Positions 20,450 to 32,461 of a DNA stretch of 64,000 nt are shown here, piece by piece. A program made the translations under genes and the position numbers. Position 1 is the stretch's first letter; the number at the start of each line of letters is the position of its first letter. Under the pieces are notes generated by a model that was not told the origin of the DNA, did not search any database, and saw nothing but the letters and a program-made list of their open reading frames with translations. The stretch comes from Candidatus Marinacidobacterales bacterium (GTDB taxonomy: Bacteria; Acidobacteriota; Vicinamibacteria; Marinacidobacterales; DATDRI01): assembly GCA_965226495.1 (NCBI GenBank), contig OZ245365.1, positions 2,816,001-2,880,000 on the forward strand, in the 5' to 3' direction.

Positions 20450-21667
20450 CTAAACGGCGGGTACCGATTCTGACACCCGCATGCACGTTTCTGGATCCGA
20501 CCCCGGCGTCTGACGCGATAACTCCCGTACGGCAACGGCACCACGAAGGGGCGGCGATTCTTGAACTCTGTCCGGAAAGAGTGGAAACGACGGCTCCGAT
20601 TCACGAACCCGGTCGGCAGAACCCCGGTACCGCTCCATCTTGTCTTTGCCGTAGTCCATCTCCGCCATGTAGAGATTGTGCGGACGACACAAGAGTCTGA
20701 CATTGTCGGCACTTCGATCGCCGCCGAGCCCGTAGGGATCGTCGTGATGGAATTGCAGCTCTAGGCGTTCGGGACATCGTCTACCGTCGCCGCTCTCAAA
20801 CGTGCATTGACCATGGTCCCGCGCCCACACGAAACGCCTCACAGGAGCGGGAATTCCGCGCACTCCCGGCGACGTGTCGGCGTCTTCGAGGCTCTTTCTC
20901 GGATTTTTGACTTTGCCGAGGCGCTTGGCCTCGAGCCGTTCGAGTTTCTCGGTTACGGACGCTTCGAGCATGGACGCGAGGTCGGCACCCGGCATGAGCG
21001 CCGCAAGCCGTTGGAGCTTGTCGTGGAGCTCGGCGCTCGCGGTGAACTGCACTCGGTAGCGCGCAGGCGCCAGGGGCTCGACGACCGGCGGCTTGTCAGC
21101 CGCTTGGGGAGTCGGGGCGGGGGCAGGTTCAGGGGCTGGAATACTCTTTCCGAACGGAGTACTTTCGGCACCGGACGTACGGTGTTCGCTTGCCGGCCTC
21201 TGTTTCCGCTTCGGAAGCTTCCGGATGGAGGATGAGACATCCGGCTTCGGCTCAATCTCCGCCACCAGTACCAGGAGCTCACGCTTGGTCTTGTGGGTTG
21301 CTCGAACCAGAAGCTCCTCGCAATTGGTGTCGGTGAGATGCGGCGCCAGCACCGCGATGCCGCTCAAGTGAAGACGCCCATCGTCGATCATCGTGAGCAG
21401 CGCCGGATGTTGGCGCGACGCCCGTGCGGCGGCTATCCGTAGGTAGGCTTCTGCCTCGGACAAGTGCAACACGTCGGTGGCGTATTTGAACATCGATGAC
21501 GAAGCTTCACGGGCATACAGTCGGCGTGCATCAACTTCGGCGATATGCGCAACGAGAACCGACTCGACACGCCGCGACTGTTTCAAAACGTTCGACAGTC
21601 GAACAAGAAGCTCGTCATCCGATAGTCGGGAAAGCGATTTCAATTTGTCTTTTTTGTTCATACGCAT
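20450..21667 (-). CDS. DUF222-like protein with C-terminal HNH endonuclease
   Basis: N-terminal 'LSDDELL..L', 'HIAEVDARRLY', 'LSEAEAY.RI.AAR'; C-terminal 'VRRFVWARD.GQC..C..L.FHH..P..LGG....NVRLLC..HN'. Confidence 0.85.
   Translation of the reverse strand: MRMNKKDKLKSLSRLSDDELLVRLSNVLKQSRRVESVLVAHIAEVDARRLYAREASSSMFKYATDVLHLSEAEAYLRIAAARASRQHPALLTMIDDGRLHLSGIAVLAPHLTDTNCEELLVRATHKTKRELLVLVAEIEPKPDVSSSIRKLPKRKQRPASEHRTSGAESTPFGKSIPAPEPAPAPTPQAADKPPVVEPLAPARYRVQFTASAELHDKLQRLAALMPGADLASMLEASVTEKLERLEAKRLGKVKNPRKSLEDADTSPGVRGIPAPVRRFVWARDHGQCTFESGDGRRCPERLELQFHHDDPYGLGGDRSADNVRLLCRPHNLYMAEMDYGKDKMERYRGSADRVRESEPSFPLFPDRVQESPPLRGAVAVRELSRQTPGSDPETCMRVSESVPAV
20563..20584. repeat. Imperfect palindrome downstream of the HNH domain
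   Basis: GAACTCTGTCCGGAAAGAGTGG; related to the palindrome at 21894-21915. Confidence 0.6.
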
Positions 21668-21893
21668 TTATAGCACGGACTTTTTTGACGCTCTGTGCCC
21701 GCGCGTATTGAACGCGAACGCCTCGAGACACTTTCTAAGTCTATTCAAGCGAACCAGCGTGACTGTCGTTTCTTTATCGCGCGTACAGGCCCACCCCAGA
21801 TCGTACCTGCCATGTTTTTCATGTCGCTTCGAAACAGCTGTCAAGCCAAAAGTGAACTATTTTTCTCAGCGACCTCTATTCTTGCAGAGCCGC

Positions 21894-21915
21894 GAACTCC
21901 GTTCGGACCGAGTTC
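21894..21915. repeat. Imperfect palindrome upstream of the HNH gene
   Basis: GAACTCCGTTCGGACCGAGTTC, two mismatches from the perfect palindrome GAACTCGGTCCGGACCGAGTTC. Confidence 0.65.
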
Positions 21916-21966
21916 GATGTTCGCGTCTGTCCCCCTCCCTTTGACTTTTCAACCTGTCCAGGGCTA

Positions 21967-22803
21967 TCGGATACTCTCACCGCGGTGCTAAGCAAAGAGC
22001 CCGACTGGACGCGTCTTCCGAAGTCGACGCCGCGACGGGTTCGAGAGCTTCTGTCACGCGCACTTCGCAAAAACGCGAAACTCCGCTTGCAAGACGTCGG
22101 CGACGCTCGCGTCGAGCTTCTCGATGCCATCCAGGAGTCAAGTCGCAATCTCCCGCGACGGAAGCCAGGTCGCGTTCGCGGCTCTACCTTCGCGCGCTCC
22201 ATTCTGTACTAGCTGCCCGCGGACGGAAGCGGCGCCTTGGAGTTGTTGGACGATCGTCCGTTCGACCAGGAACCGAGCGATGCGTCGGACGAAGGACGGC
22301 TCCTGGCATTTACCGAAGAAAACGCTGACAGCGGCTCCGATATTCACGTCATGCGTCTGGAGGGAAACAATGAGTCCTACGCGTTCGCCGCGACCTCGGC
22401 CAACGAGAGCGACGCCAGCTTCTCGAAGGATAGCCGTTTCGTCGTCGCCTACGTCTCCGACGAGACAGGCCGTAACGAGGTCTACGTGCGTTCTCTCTCC
22501 GATGGTGGTGCTAGAACCGCTGTTTCAACCGATGGAGGGCAGTGGCCGAAGTGGTCGCCGACCGGGAGCGAGCTCTTCTATATGGAGGACACGACGATGA
22601 TGGCGGTTCCCGTCACCCTCGAGCCTTCGTTCCGCCCCGGGACACCTAAAGCTTTGTTCAAAGGCAACTACACGAAATGGTTCGACGTCTTCCCGGACGG
22701 CCGGCACTTCGCCATGATCACGTTTCCAGAAGCCGACTTGAGAAAGCTCGAGGTCGTCGTCAACTGGTCCACCGAGCTCGAGGAGAAAGTGCCCACGAAA
22801 TAG
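21967..22803 (+). pseudogene. Remnant of Ser/Thr kinase with TolB/PD40 beta-propeller
   Basis: Kinase C-lobe 'SDTLTAVLSKEPDW..LP..TPRRVRELL.R.L.K..K.RLQDVGDAR'; fragment 'VAISRDGSQVAF'; in-frame TAG at 22210; C-terminal 'AYVSDETGRNEVYV...GGQWPKWS..G.ELFY'. Confidence 0.8.
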
Positions 22804-22840
22804 TGGAGCCGACCCCCTGCAATATTCGACCCCGTGTACT

Positions 22841-23395
22841 ATGGTGTACTCCATAGTGCCGACAGATCGTGGAACCGTCCCCCCTGACGATCAGCTGACC
22901 AAAGTCGCTGTTCATACCGTCTCCCGCCTCAAGCTCGGTGTGTATGGAACTCTGGTCGGCGTCCTGTTGGGCGTCGTCAACACGTTTCTCGGCGTCGACT
23001 TCACGCCTCGTCCCGCTCTTGCTGGCTGGCTCGCCGTTGCGATTGTCTCGGTCGTCGTTTTGCATGAAGGCATTCACGGAGCCGTGGCATCACTGCTCGG
23101 TCATCGTCCCATATTCGGTCTCAAGCCGCCCCTCGTCTATGTGACCTTCAAAGAGAAGCTGCCACGCTGGCACCTGGTAGCCATCGCGGTCGCCCCGTTC
23201 ATCATCCTGAACGTTGTCTTCGCCGCACTCTACGCGGCGGGGCTCCTCAAGCTCTTCTCGGTCCTCTGCTTTGGGATCAACACGCTCGGGGCGACAGGAG
23301 ATCTTTGGATCATTAGCAAGGTCGTGGCTGCTGAGGCTGGAACCCTTGTTCAAGATACCAAAACCGGAGTCGAGGTCTGGCGCGTGCGTCAATAA
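22841..23395 (+). CDS. DUF3267 putative zincin membrane peptidase
   Basis: HExxH 'LHEGIHG'; 'APF', 'GATGDLW'; several TM helices. Confidence 0.75.
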   Translation: MVYSIVPTDRGTVPPDDQLTKVAVHTVSRLKLGVYGTLVGVLLGVVNTFLGVDFTPRPALAGWLAVAIVSVVVLHEGIHGAVASLLGHRPIFGLKPPLVYVTFKEKLPRWHLVAIAVAPFIILNVVFAALYAAGLLKLFSVLCFGINTLGATGDLWIISKVVAAEAGTLVQDTKTGVEVWRVRQ

Positions 23396-24468
23396 GGCGG
23401 GAGCATCCGGCGAAATCCGTGCAGCAATACGATCACTAGGAAGATGAGATTACGGGGCAAGATCCCAGGCCAGAAAAGCCGGACCGGGCCCTTGGACTCC
23501 CCGGCGCCTTTCTCCGGAAACTGTTTCGCAAGCTCGGCCGCCAGCCGCCTCAACCAGTGCACGGAGCGCGGCCAATCAAACAACCCTAAAATCCATTCCT
23601 CCGGGATTTGGGAGGCGCCCACGGTGGCCCCGGCCAACCCGCCCACGATGGCCGCGGTCGTATCGGTGTCACCGCCGAGCGAAATCACGTCCTCGATGGC
23701 CCGGCGGAAATCGTTCGGAGACCGTAGCCAACAAAAAAGCGCCGCCGGCACGGTGTGGTTGATGTAACCGGTGACTCCCTTTCCTAGACCCAGATCGTCC
23801 GCAAACACGATTGGGACAGACTCCCGCTCCAAATGTTCTTCGATCTTAGCGAGAGCTTGCAGAAGCTCCGCGCCTTCGACGCGCTCGCGCAGCCAAGCAA
23901 GAAACTGTTTGGCGTCGATGTCGCTCGGCAACTGACGCGCCCCATAGGAAGCGGCGAGAGCGACCGCAAGCGCCCCTTGTTCGGCGCGGGGATCGGTATG
24001 AGTTAGCCGCGTCGACGCTCGCGTGAAACGAGCGATCCCGTCCGTGTCGGCCTGCAAGCAGACACCGATGATGGGAGCCCGCATCGCCGGTCCATTACCG
24101 GCAGAGTAGACACCACTGCGATCCGGCGATATCCCCACCCATAGCTTGAGGAGGGCGCGTAGGGTCCCGAACCCCACCCCGGCGGGAAGCGCAAGTAACC
24201 ACCCGCGCAACCGCCAGGCGAGGCTGCGAACGAAACGTTCCGGATCATCGGGAGCGGCGAGCAATGACTGGGCGACCATCGTCGAGTGCTCGGTGTCATC
24301 GCTCATCATCCCCCGCCCGAAGGCGAAGCGATGCCGAAGAGGCTCTAAGCCGTAGACTCGAAGCCCTCGGCGGCGAGACAGTCCCTCCCTGGGAAGCCCC
24401 AGGGCGTCACCCACGGCGGTACCCAACAATGTACCGGAGATCTCGTCGGTGCGATTCACAAGCGGCAA
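23389..24468 (-). CDS. ADP-ribosylglycohydrolase (DraG/ARH family)
   Basis: 'GTAVGDALG', 'SDDTE', 'GNGPAMR', 'LTH', 'GGDTDTTAAIVG'. Confidence 0.9.
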   Translation of the reverse strand: MPLVNRTDEISGTLLGTAVGDALGLPREGLSRRRGLRVYGLEPLRHRFAFGRGMMSDDTEHSTMVAQSLLAAPDDPERFVRSLAWRLRGWLLALPAGVGFGTLRALLKLWVGISPDRSGVYSAGNGPAMRAPIIGVCLQADTDGIARFTRASTRLTHTDPRAEQGALAVALAASYGARQLPSDIDAKQFLAWLRERVEGAELLQALAKIEEHLERESVPIVFADDLGLGKGVTGYINHTVPAALFCWLRSPNDFRRAIEDVISLGGDTDTTAAIVGGLAGATVGASQIPEEWILGLFDWPRSVHWLRRLAAELAKQFPEKGAGESKGPVRLFWPGILPRNLIFLVIVLLHGFRRMLPPY

Positions 24469-24502
24469 GGCTCGAGTAGCTAGTGCACTCGGCTACTCTC
24501 GG

Positions 24503-26160
<1,658 letters not shown>

Positions 26161-26164
<4 letters not shown>

Positions 26165-27701
26165 CCCAGCTCACCGATCGCATTTTGGACCGCGGCAATG
26201 AGCTCGCCGTCTTGGATCATCCTTGCCACGGTCTCGATCTCTCCAGCTACTTCCCGGTCCTCTTCGAGCGGCGGCACTTGTCGACGGACTGCTTCTGCCG
26301 CGGCACGGGTGCCGGGCGCGGCCACCAAAGGGGCCCGGTAGTCGATTCCTTGCACGGCGCACAGAATCTCGACCGCAACGACTAGGGAAGCATTCTCCAA
26401 CACCTCCCGCAGCTTGCGACCTGCCCCCCAGCCCATCGAGACATGATCCTCCTGACTTCCTGAGGTGGGAATGCTCTCGACACTCGCGGGATGCGAGAGG
26501 ACTCGGTTCTCCGCAACTAAAGCCGCGGCCGTGTACTGGGTAAGCATGTAGCCAGCGTTTACGCCGGGTTTGGGCGAAAGAAACGGCGGCAGACCCGCCG
26601 AACGCTCGGGATCGAGAAGACGATCGGTACGCCGCTCGGAAATACTCGAGAGCTCGGTAATAGCAATAGTCATCACGTCGAGTGCTAACGCTAGAGGCTG
26701 ACCATGGAAATTCCCCGCGGAAACGACCTCGCCCTGCTCGGGAAAGACGATCGGGTTATCCACGACGGCGCCCAGCTCTCGCGAAAACATGTCCCTTCCG
26801 AACGTCATCCCTTCCCGGCAAGCTCCGTGTACCTGGGGCGCGCAACGCAAGCTATACGCGTCCTGCACCGCGTGACTGAAATCCTCTGCATGACTCGCCA
26901 CGATCTTCGAGCCCTTGAGCAGTCGCTCGATGTTTCTTGCGGAAGCCACTTGTCCAGGGTGCGGCCGCAGCGCGTGGATCTCGGGTCGAAACGGGCGGGC
27001 GCTACCAAGCAGTGCTTCCACCGAGAGAGCGCAGGCGATGTCGGCAGCCCTGGTGATGCGCATCGCACGATGAAGTCCGAGTACGCCGAACGCCAACATG
27101 CCCTCGGTGCCGTTCAGAAGGCTCAGGCCTTCTTTCGCGCGAAGCCGAATCGGCTTCATCCCCTGACGACGGAGAACCTCCGCCGCGGGCGCAACACGCC
27201 CTTCGTCCTTGAGAAGTCCTTCTCCAATTATCGGTAGCCTAGATGAGCAAACGGTGCCAGATCTCCCGACGCGCCCACCGAGCCCTTCCCCGGGACGACC
27301 GGCAAAAGATCCTTTTCCAAGAACTCGACGTAGCGTTCCACTAGAAGGGGTCGGACGCCGGAGTACCCTTGCGAAAGGGTCCGTGCTCGGAGCAATAACA
27401 TGGCCCGAACCAACTCATCCGCAATCGGCGTGCCGACACCGGCGGCGTGGCTCCGAAGTAGATGGACTTGGAGCTCTTCCACTTCCTCTGGTTCGATCCG
27501 AGTGTTGGATAGGGCGCCGAAACCGGTGGTCACACCGTATATCGTTTGCCGCTCTTTCAGCGCCCGTTCGATGACCTCGAGCGAGGGAGCCATGCGACTC
27601 GCCAGATCGGGATGGACCTTGACCGTTGCCTTTCGCTCCGCCACCGCCACGACATCGTCCGACCGAAGTGGTCCCCCATCGATGACCACTTGATGCGCCA
27701 C
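26161..27701 (-). pseudogene. hutH: Histidine ammonia-lyase, split by an apparent 1-bp deletion near 27238 (possibly sequencing error)
   Basis: 'YGVTTGFG' and MIO motif 'GSVGASGDLAP' in one frame; 'LPIIGEG...KEGLSLLNGT...QDAYSLRC.PQ...GNFHG...QEDHVSM' continues after a one-base shift. Confidence 0.9.
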
Positions 27702-27703
27702 GA

Positions 27704-28603
27704 TTACTCCCTGGCCACTACGCCGGCTGCAAAGCTCAGGAAAACGTTAGCCATGTTCATCAACGTCAAATCATGGACGTCGGCAGAGGCATCCACTTCC
27801 ACGAAATCCACCGCGCGAACTTGGGGGTGCTGTCCGCAAAGCCAGGCGGCGGTGGCCAGCTGCCGAGGATTCATTCCGCCCGGTCGGGCACCGGGGCACG
27901 CAGGGGCATGGGCTCGATCGAGCACATCGATGTCGAAATCCACGTAGATCCATTCACACTGGCGGCCGAGCCCTTCGAGGGCAGCCCCCACCACCGGCCC
28001 CAACCCTTGCGCCTCCACGGTTTCCATCGTCGCAATTCGAATGCGATGCTCATCGCAAAAAGTGCGATGCTCGAGAGAGTTCGCGAAGGAGTGAATCCCT
28101 ATCTGGATCACTTGCTCCCCGAGTAAGCCGTCGTCTATGAGTCCCCGAATCGGTGTGCCGTTGGTTGGACCCAAGTCTAGTGACCGTACATCATGGTGAG
28201 CGTCGAAGGTAAGAACTCCGACCCGACCCAGCTCGCCTCGAGAAACTCCGCGGACGAGCGGACGGGTGATGCCGTTATCCCCACCCAGGAACGCGTAAAC
28301 GGGTCCCTTGGCCAGGCGTCGCGCTGACGCCTCGATGGCCGGCTGATACTCCTCCAAGCCAAGGGAGCTAACCTGCCAATCCCCGCGGTCGGCGACTGAG
28401 AGTCTACGCAAGTCCACCGCACGCTCGCTATGGAAGCTGGAAAACCGGCCAAGGATGTCCCGAAACCGCTGGGGCGTTTGGTACGCCTTGGATGGCGAAA
28501 GCGATGCTACGGACGTCGGCACCCCTATCACCACGAGTGAAGGGTTCTTGTCGTTCCGAGCCAACCAGCTATCGGCACGCGGCCAGGAGGCGTCTTCGAT
28601 CAT
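27704..28603 (-). CDS. hutG: Formimidoylglutamase (arginase/agmatinase family)
   Basis: 'FDAHHDVR', 'TNGTP', 'DFDIDVLD...APAC', 'DFVEV'; adjacent to hutH and hutU. Confidence 0.8.
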   Translation of the reverse strand: MIEDASWPRADSWLARNDKNPSLVVIGVPTSVASLSPSKAYQTPQRFRDILGRFSSFHSERAVDLRRLSVADRGDWQVSSLGLEEYQPAIEASARRLAKGPVYAFLGGDNGITRPLVRGVSRGELGRVGVLTFDAHHDVRSLDLGPTNGTPIRGLIDDGLLGEQVIQIGIHSFANSLEHRTFCDEHRIRIATMETVEAQGLGPVVGAALEGLGRQCEWIYVDFDIDVLDRAHAPACPGARPGGMNPRQLATAAWLCGQHPQVRAVDFVEVDASADVHDLTLMNMANVFLSFAAGVVARE

Positions 28604-28839
28604 CTAGTTGTAGTCGACCTTCCTTCCATCGGGGCGCGATGATGATATTGGGGTAAGAGGCGGGACGCAAACGCTGGCCCTGCCTAGCTTTTCACCATGA
28701 ACGTTCGCGGGTTGCGCCTAGCAAGAAGAAGCAGGCACCTCAGGATTGTAGAAGGAGAGGAAGTCATTCAGGGCCTCGCGACCACCTGAATGGCGAAAGC
28801 AAACGTCAAGAGAGCCCACCGTCACGGGCACCGGGGTCT

Positions 28840-29550
28840 TTAGGAATCGTCGCAGCACAACTCGTCCGTGATCCCGTCTTTGCCCTCCTCCTCACGATCG
28901 ACCGCGATTCCGGCCTTCTCCAGTCGGTCCACGAAACCATCGCGCCATCCGGGCGATAGCGCCCGGATGCGAATCGCGCGCTTGCAGTCCTCCAAATTCC
29001 TGAGGTCGAAGTAGTACAAGCGGCAGATCTGCTTCACGGTCATTCCTTCTGGATCTTCTGTGAGGAGCTCAAACGAATCTCCGGCCCCGACCGCGCCCTC
29101 CTCGAGAACCCGAAGATAGAAACCGACCCGGCAGCTCTCAAGGAACATCTTGGGAAACTTCGGATCGTCCATCTTGATGCCAAGGCGGTAGCATGGCACG
29201 CGCGGCTGCGTCACTTCGACCATCGCGTCCCCGACACGAAAGGTATCCCCTACGTGAATCCATTCTTCCAACATGCCCTCCACCGTGAAATTCTCCCCGA
29301 ACTGCGGGTCGCGGAAATCGTCCCGACCCAGTTCCCGACTCCAGTGCTCGTAGTTCTCCCGCGTGTAGACGCACACCGCTTTGTAAGGACCCCCATGCCC
29401 TTTGAGATCCACCTGCTGGTCCCCTTCTAGATTCGACGTCCGTAGCATGACCCGGCCTGCCACCGGCTCCTTGAAGATTCCTGTGGCAACCGTCTTGCCC
29501 ATGTACGGGACGTCTTTGCGAAGAGATACGCTGACCGTGAGAAGCTTCAT
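28840..29550 (-). CDS. MOSC-domain protein (YiiM-like, 3-alpha domain)
   Basis: 'TGIFKEPV', 'GDQQVDL..HGG..KAV', 'FGENFT', 'QPRVPCYRL', 'GFYLRVLEEG'. Confidence 0.9.
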   Translation of the reverse strand: MKLLTVSVSLRKDVPYMGKTVATGIFKEPVAGRVMLRTSNLEGDQQVDLKGHGGPYKAVCVYTRENYEHWSRELGRDDFRDPQFGENFTVEGMLEEWIHVGDTFRVGDAMVEVTQPRVPCYRLGIKMDDPKFPKMFLESCRVGFYLRVLEEGAVGAGDSFELLTEDPEGMTVKQICRLYYFDLRNLEDCKRAIRIRALSPGWRDGFVDRLEKAGIAVDREEEGKDGITDELCCDDS

Positions 29551-29685
29551 CGTCACCCCCGACATGCTACGCCGCGCCCTGTGGGCGCGTCAATCTCTCA
29601 GAGAAAACCGGAGAAAACTTGTGCGTCTCTCTAAGGACTTCGCCGACCCCCCTTGCTACAACCTACCGTGGAAAGGAGAACAACC

Positions 29686-30585
29686 ATGCGGAAATCCTTA
29701 TGGATTGTAGCGATCGCCTTTTTTGGACTGGGCGCGGTGGCTGGAAAGCTAGTTCCCGTCCTCGGCGACCAACGACCGGAAGATAAAGAGGCCATTCGGG
29801 CCCATATCGACAGCATCTTCCAGGCCTATATTCAGGGAGACCGAGAGACGATTCGAGCCACTCACAGCGACGAATGGCGGGGTTTTCTGGGACAGTCCCG
29901 CTCTATCATTCGAGGCATCGACCCATACATGGAAGCCGCTAATGCCACCCTCGCTCGGCCGGGCGGCATGGTTGGTTATCGGATGGACGACTACGACGTT
30001 CTCTTTTACGGCGATATCGCGTTAGTGCCGTACATCGCGTCTCTGGACGTGGAGCTCGGTGGCAAGCGGATCGATTTCAAACCCAAGATCCGGGTACTCG
30101 ACGTCTACGCGAAAGAGGACGGCCAGTGGATTCAGATTGCATCGAACACCGTTCGGCACCCCGAGACGGAAGCCGCGATCCGCCAGCAACCGGCTCCGGT
30201 GAGTCCGCCTCTGCGCGAAAAGATATTGGCGGCGCGAGAGACAGTTTGGCGAGCCTGGTTCTCGAATGATCAGAACGTACTCGGCCGAGTCATCCCCGAG
30301 GAGACCATCGCGGTCGGTGCCGGGGAAGAAGCGTGGGCGGGTCGAGAAACGATCCTAAACGGCGCGCAGACGTTCGCAGAAAACGGCGGGAAGCTCGTGA
30401 GCCTCGATTTTCCGCGTACCGAGATCCAGCTCTACGGGGACGTGGCCATCCTGTACACGACCTACGAAATGGAAACCGAAGTGGGTGGCGAAACTCAGAG
30501 CCTAGCCGGTCGAGGGACTGAGATCTTCGTCCGGCGCAACGGCAACTGGGTCAACTCCGGCTGGCATCTCGATTCCGGGTCGTAA
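29686..30585 (+). CDS. Secreted tandem NTF2-like (DUF4440) protein
   Basis: RBS AAAGGAG; signal peptide; two domains with 'YGDIALV' / 'YGDVAIL' and 'DVY...DGQW' / 'EIFVRRNGNW'. Confidence 0.75.
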   Translation: MRKSLWIVAIAFFGLGAVAGKLVPVLGDQRPEDKEAIRAHIDSIFQAYIQGDRETIRATHSDEWRGFLGQSRSIIRGIDPYMEAANATLARPGGMVGYRMDDYDVLFYGDIALVPYIASLDVELGGKRIDFKPKIRVLDVYAKEDGQWIQIASNTVRHPETEAAIRQQPAPVSPPLREKILAARETVWRAWFSNDQNVLGRVIPEETIAVGAGEEAWAGRETILNGAQTFAENGGKLVSLDFPRTEIQLYGDVAILYTTYEMETEVGGETQSLAGRGTEIFVRRNGNWVNSGWHLDSGS

Positions 30586-30590
30586 GACAA

Positions 30591-32393
30591 ATGGACACTC
30601 TCTGGCAGGATATACGATTCGCCTGCAGGTCCTTCTTGAGAACGCCGGCCTTTACGCTGGTCGCGATCGTCACGTTGGCCCTTGGAATCGGCGCCAACGT
30701 GGCGATCTTTAGCGCGGTGCATGCCGTGTTGTTGAAGCCACTGCCCTATCCAAATTCCGATCGGCTGGTCGCTTTTTGGGCACGATGGGAGAACGAAGGA
30801 ACTCTTTCTAGGCCGATCGGTCAACTTGGACGGACAGCCCTTCACGATCATCGGGGTCCTACCTGCGGACTTCGAAATTCTCATGGCCGCGAATGCCGGC
30901 ATCTCGACCGAGATCGACGCCTGGAAGCCTCCGGATCCGGTGGCCAACCCGACCCGGTGGGAATCCACCGAACTCAACAACTCGACGCTCCGCCCCATCG
31001 CCCGCATGAAATTCGGAGTGACCCTACCTCAAGCGCAGGCGGAAATGGACGGCATCGCCGAACACCTGCGGAGTACGTTGGCCGATCACGCTCGCATGGG
31101 CTTCCACGTGAGCGTGGAGCCTCTTCACCGCGAGGTCGTAGGCCACGTACGGCCCACGCTATTGGCACTCCTCGGAGCGGTCGGCATCGTCTTGCTCATT
31201 GCCTGCGTGAACGTCGCGAACCTGCTGCTCGTCCGGGCTCGAGGACGGCAAAAGGAAATCGCGGTTCGAGCTGCTCTGGGCGGCGCGCCGAGCCGCATTG
31301 CTCGACAACTATTTACCGAAAGCCTCCTGCTAGGGGCAGTCGGTGCTGCGGCGGGAATTCTTCTCGGATACGCGGGCATCCGGTTTCTGCTGGCGCTCCA
31401 ACCCGCCAAGTTCCCGCGACTCGAAAGCATCGCCATCGACGGCACCGTGTTGGCGTATACCTTGGGTGCCTCCGTCGCCGCAACGATCGTTTTCGGACTG
31501 GCCCCGACCTATCGCGCCATGCGTTCGAACCTGAGCGAAGCGCTGACGCAGAGGAGTCAAGAAGGAAGCTCCGGCGCGCGCTCTCGGACCAGCCAATTAT
31601 TGATCGTCGCCGAGGTAGCTCTATCGCTGGTGCTGCTCGTCGGTGCCGGGTTGTTGATGCGCAGCTTCGTACAGCTGCAGGAAGTGCGACCCGGGTTCGA
31701 TGCCGACGATCTCCTTACGTTCTCCGTGAGCCTCCCCAGTACTTTCAGAAGTATCGAATCGCCGGGGTCGTCGAGAACATCCGACATGCCGATCTGAAAT
31801 CCGATGGTCGGGAGACCATTTACCTGGCTGCGCGCGCTTGGACGTGGGCGGACTGGGAGCTCGCCGTCGCGGTGCGGACCCAAGCGGATCCCATGAGTCT
31901 CGTCGCGCCCATCAGAAAAGAGCTCGCTTCGCTGGACCCACAGATCCCCATGGCCAAGATCCGCCCGATGGAGGACTATGTGAGCGATGCGGTAGCGCCG
32001 AATCGATTCGCCCTCATCTTGGTCACCCTCTTCGCCGCGGTCGCCGTGATTCTTGCGGCGGTGGGCCTGTACGGTGTGATTTCGTACACCCTTGCACAAC
32101 GAACGCGAGAAATCGGAATCCGCTTGGCCTTCGGAGCGCCACGAGCCAGCATTTTTCGCCTCGTTGTCGGACAAGGAATGGGCTTGACGATTCTCGGAGT
32201 GGCGATTGGGGTGATGGGTTCGTTCTTGCTCGGTGGACTCATCTCGAGTCTTCTGTTCGAGGTCACCGCGGAAGATCCGCTTACCTACGTCGCCACCGCA
32301 GGGATTCTGACACTGGTAGCGCTGACCGCTTGCCTTATCCCTGCCAGACGGGCAACTAGGGTAGACCCGATTATCGCTCTGCGCTCGGAATGA
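30591..32393 (+). pseudogene. ADOP-type duplicated MacB/FtsX permease with two internal deletions (compensating frameshifts)
   Basis: 'MDTLWQDIRF..R...PAFT...LALGIGAN.AIFS'; middle in another frame 'LIACVNVANLLL.RA..RQKEIAVRAALG'; C-terminal 'RTREIGIRLA.GA...PARRATRVDP..ALR.E'. Confidence 0.85.
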
Positions 32394-32461
32394 GACTCGC
32401 CCTTGTTTGGCGTCACTCGGTGTAGTCGGCAACCTGGACCTCGTCAGACGCCTGGCGTCAG

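Noticed and set aside
22210-22212. In-frame TAG as pyrrolysine or readthrough
   Set aside because: It lies in a multiply deleted remnant at a position where Trp is typical; no pyl genes in the window.
27228-27245. Programmed frameshift in hutH
   Set aside because: No slippery heptamer or stimulatory structure; a single missing base explains it.
28604-28680. Possible hutI C-terminal remnant upstream of hutG
   Set aside because: Only a weak 'W-K-E-G' resemblance; cannot be supported without a search.
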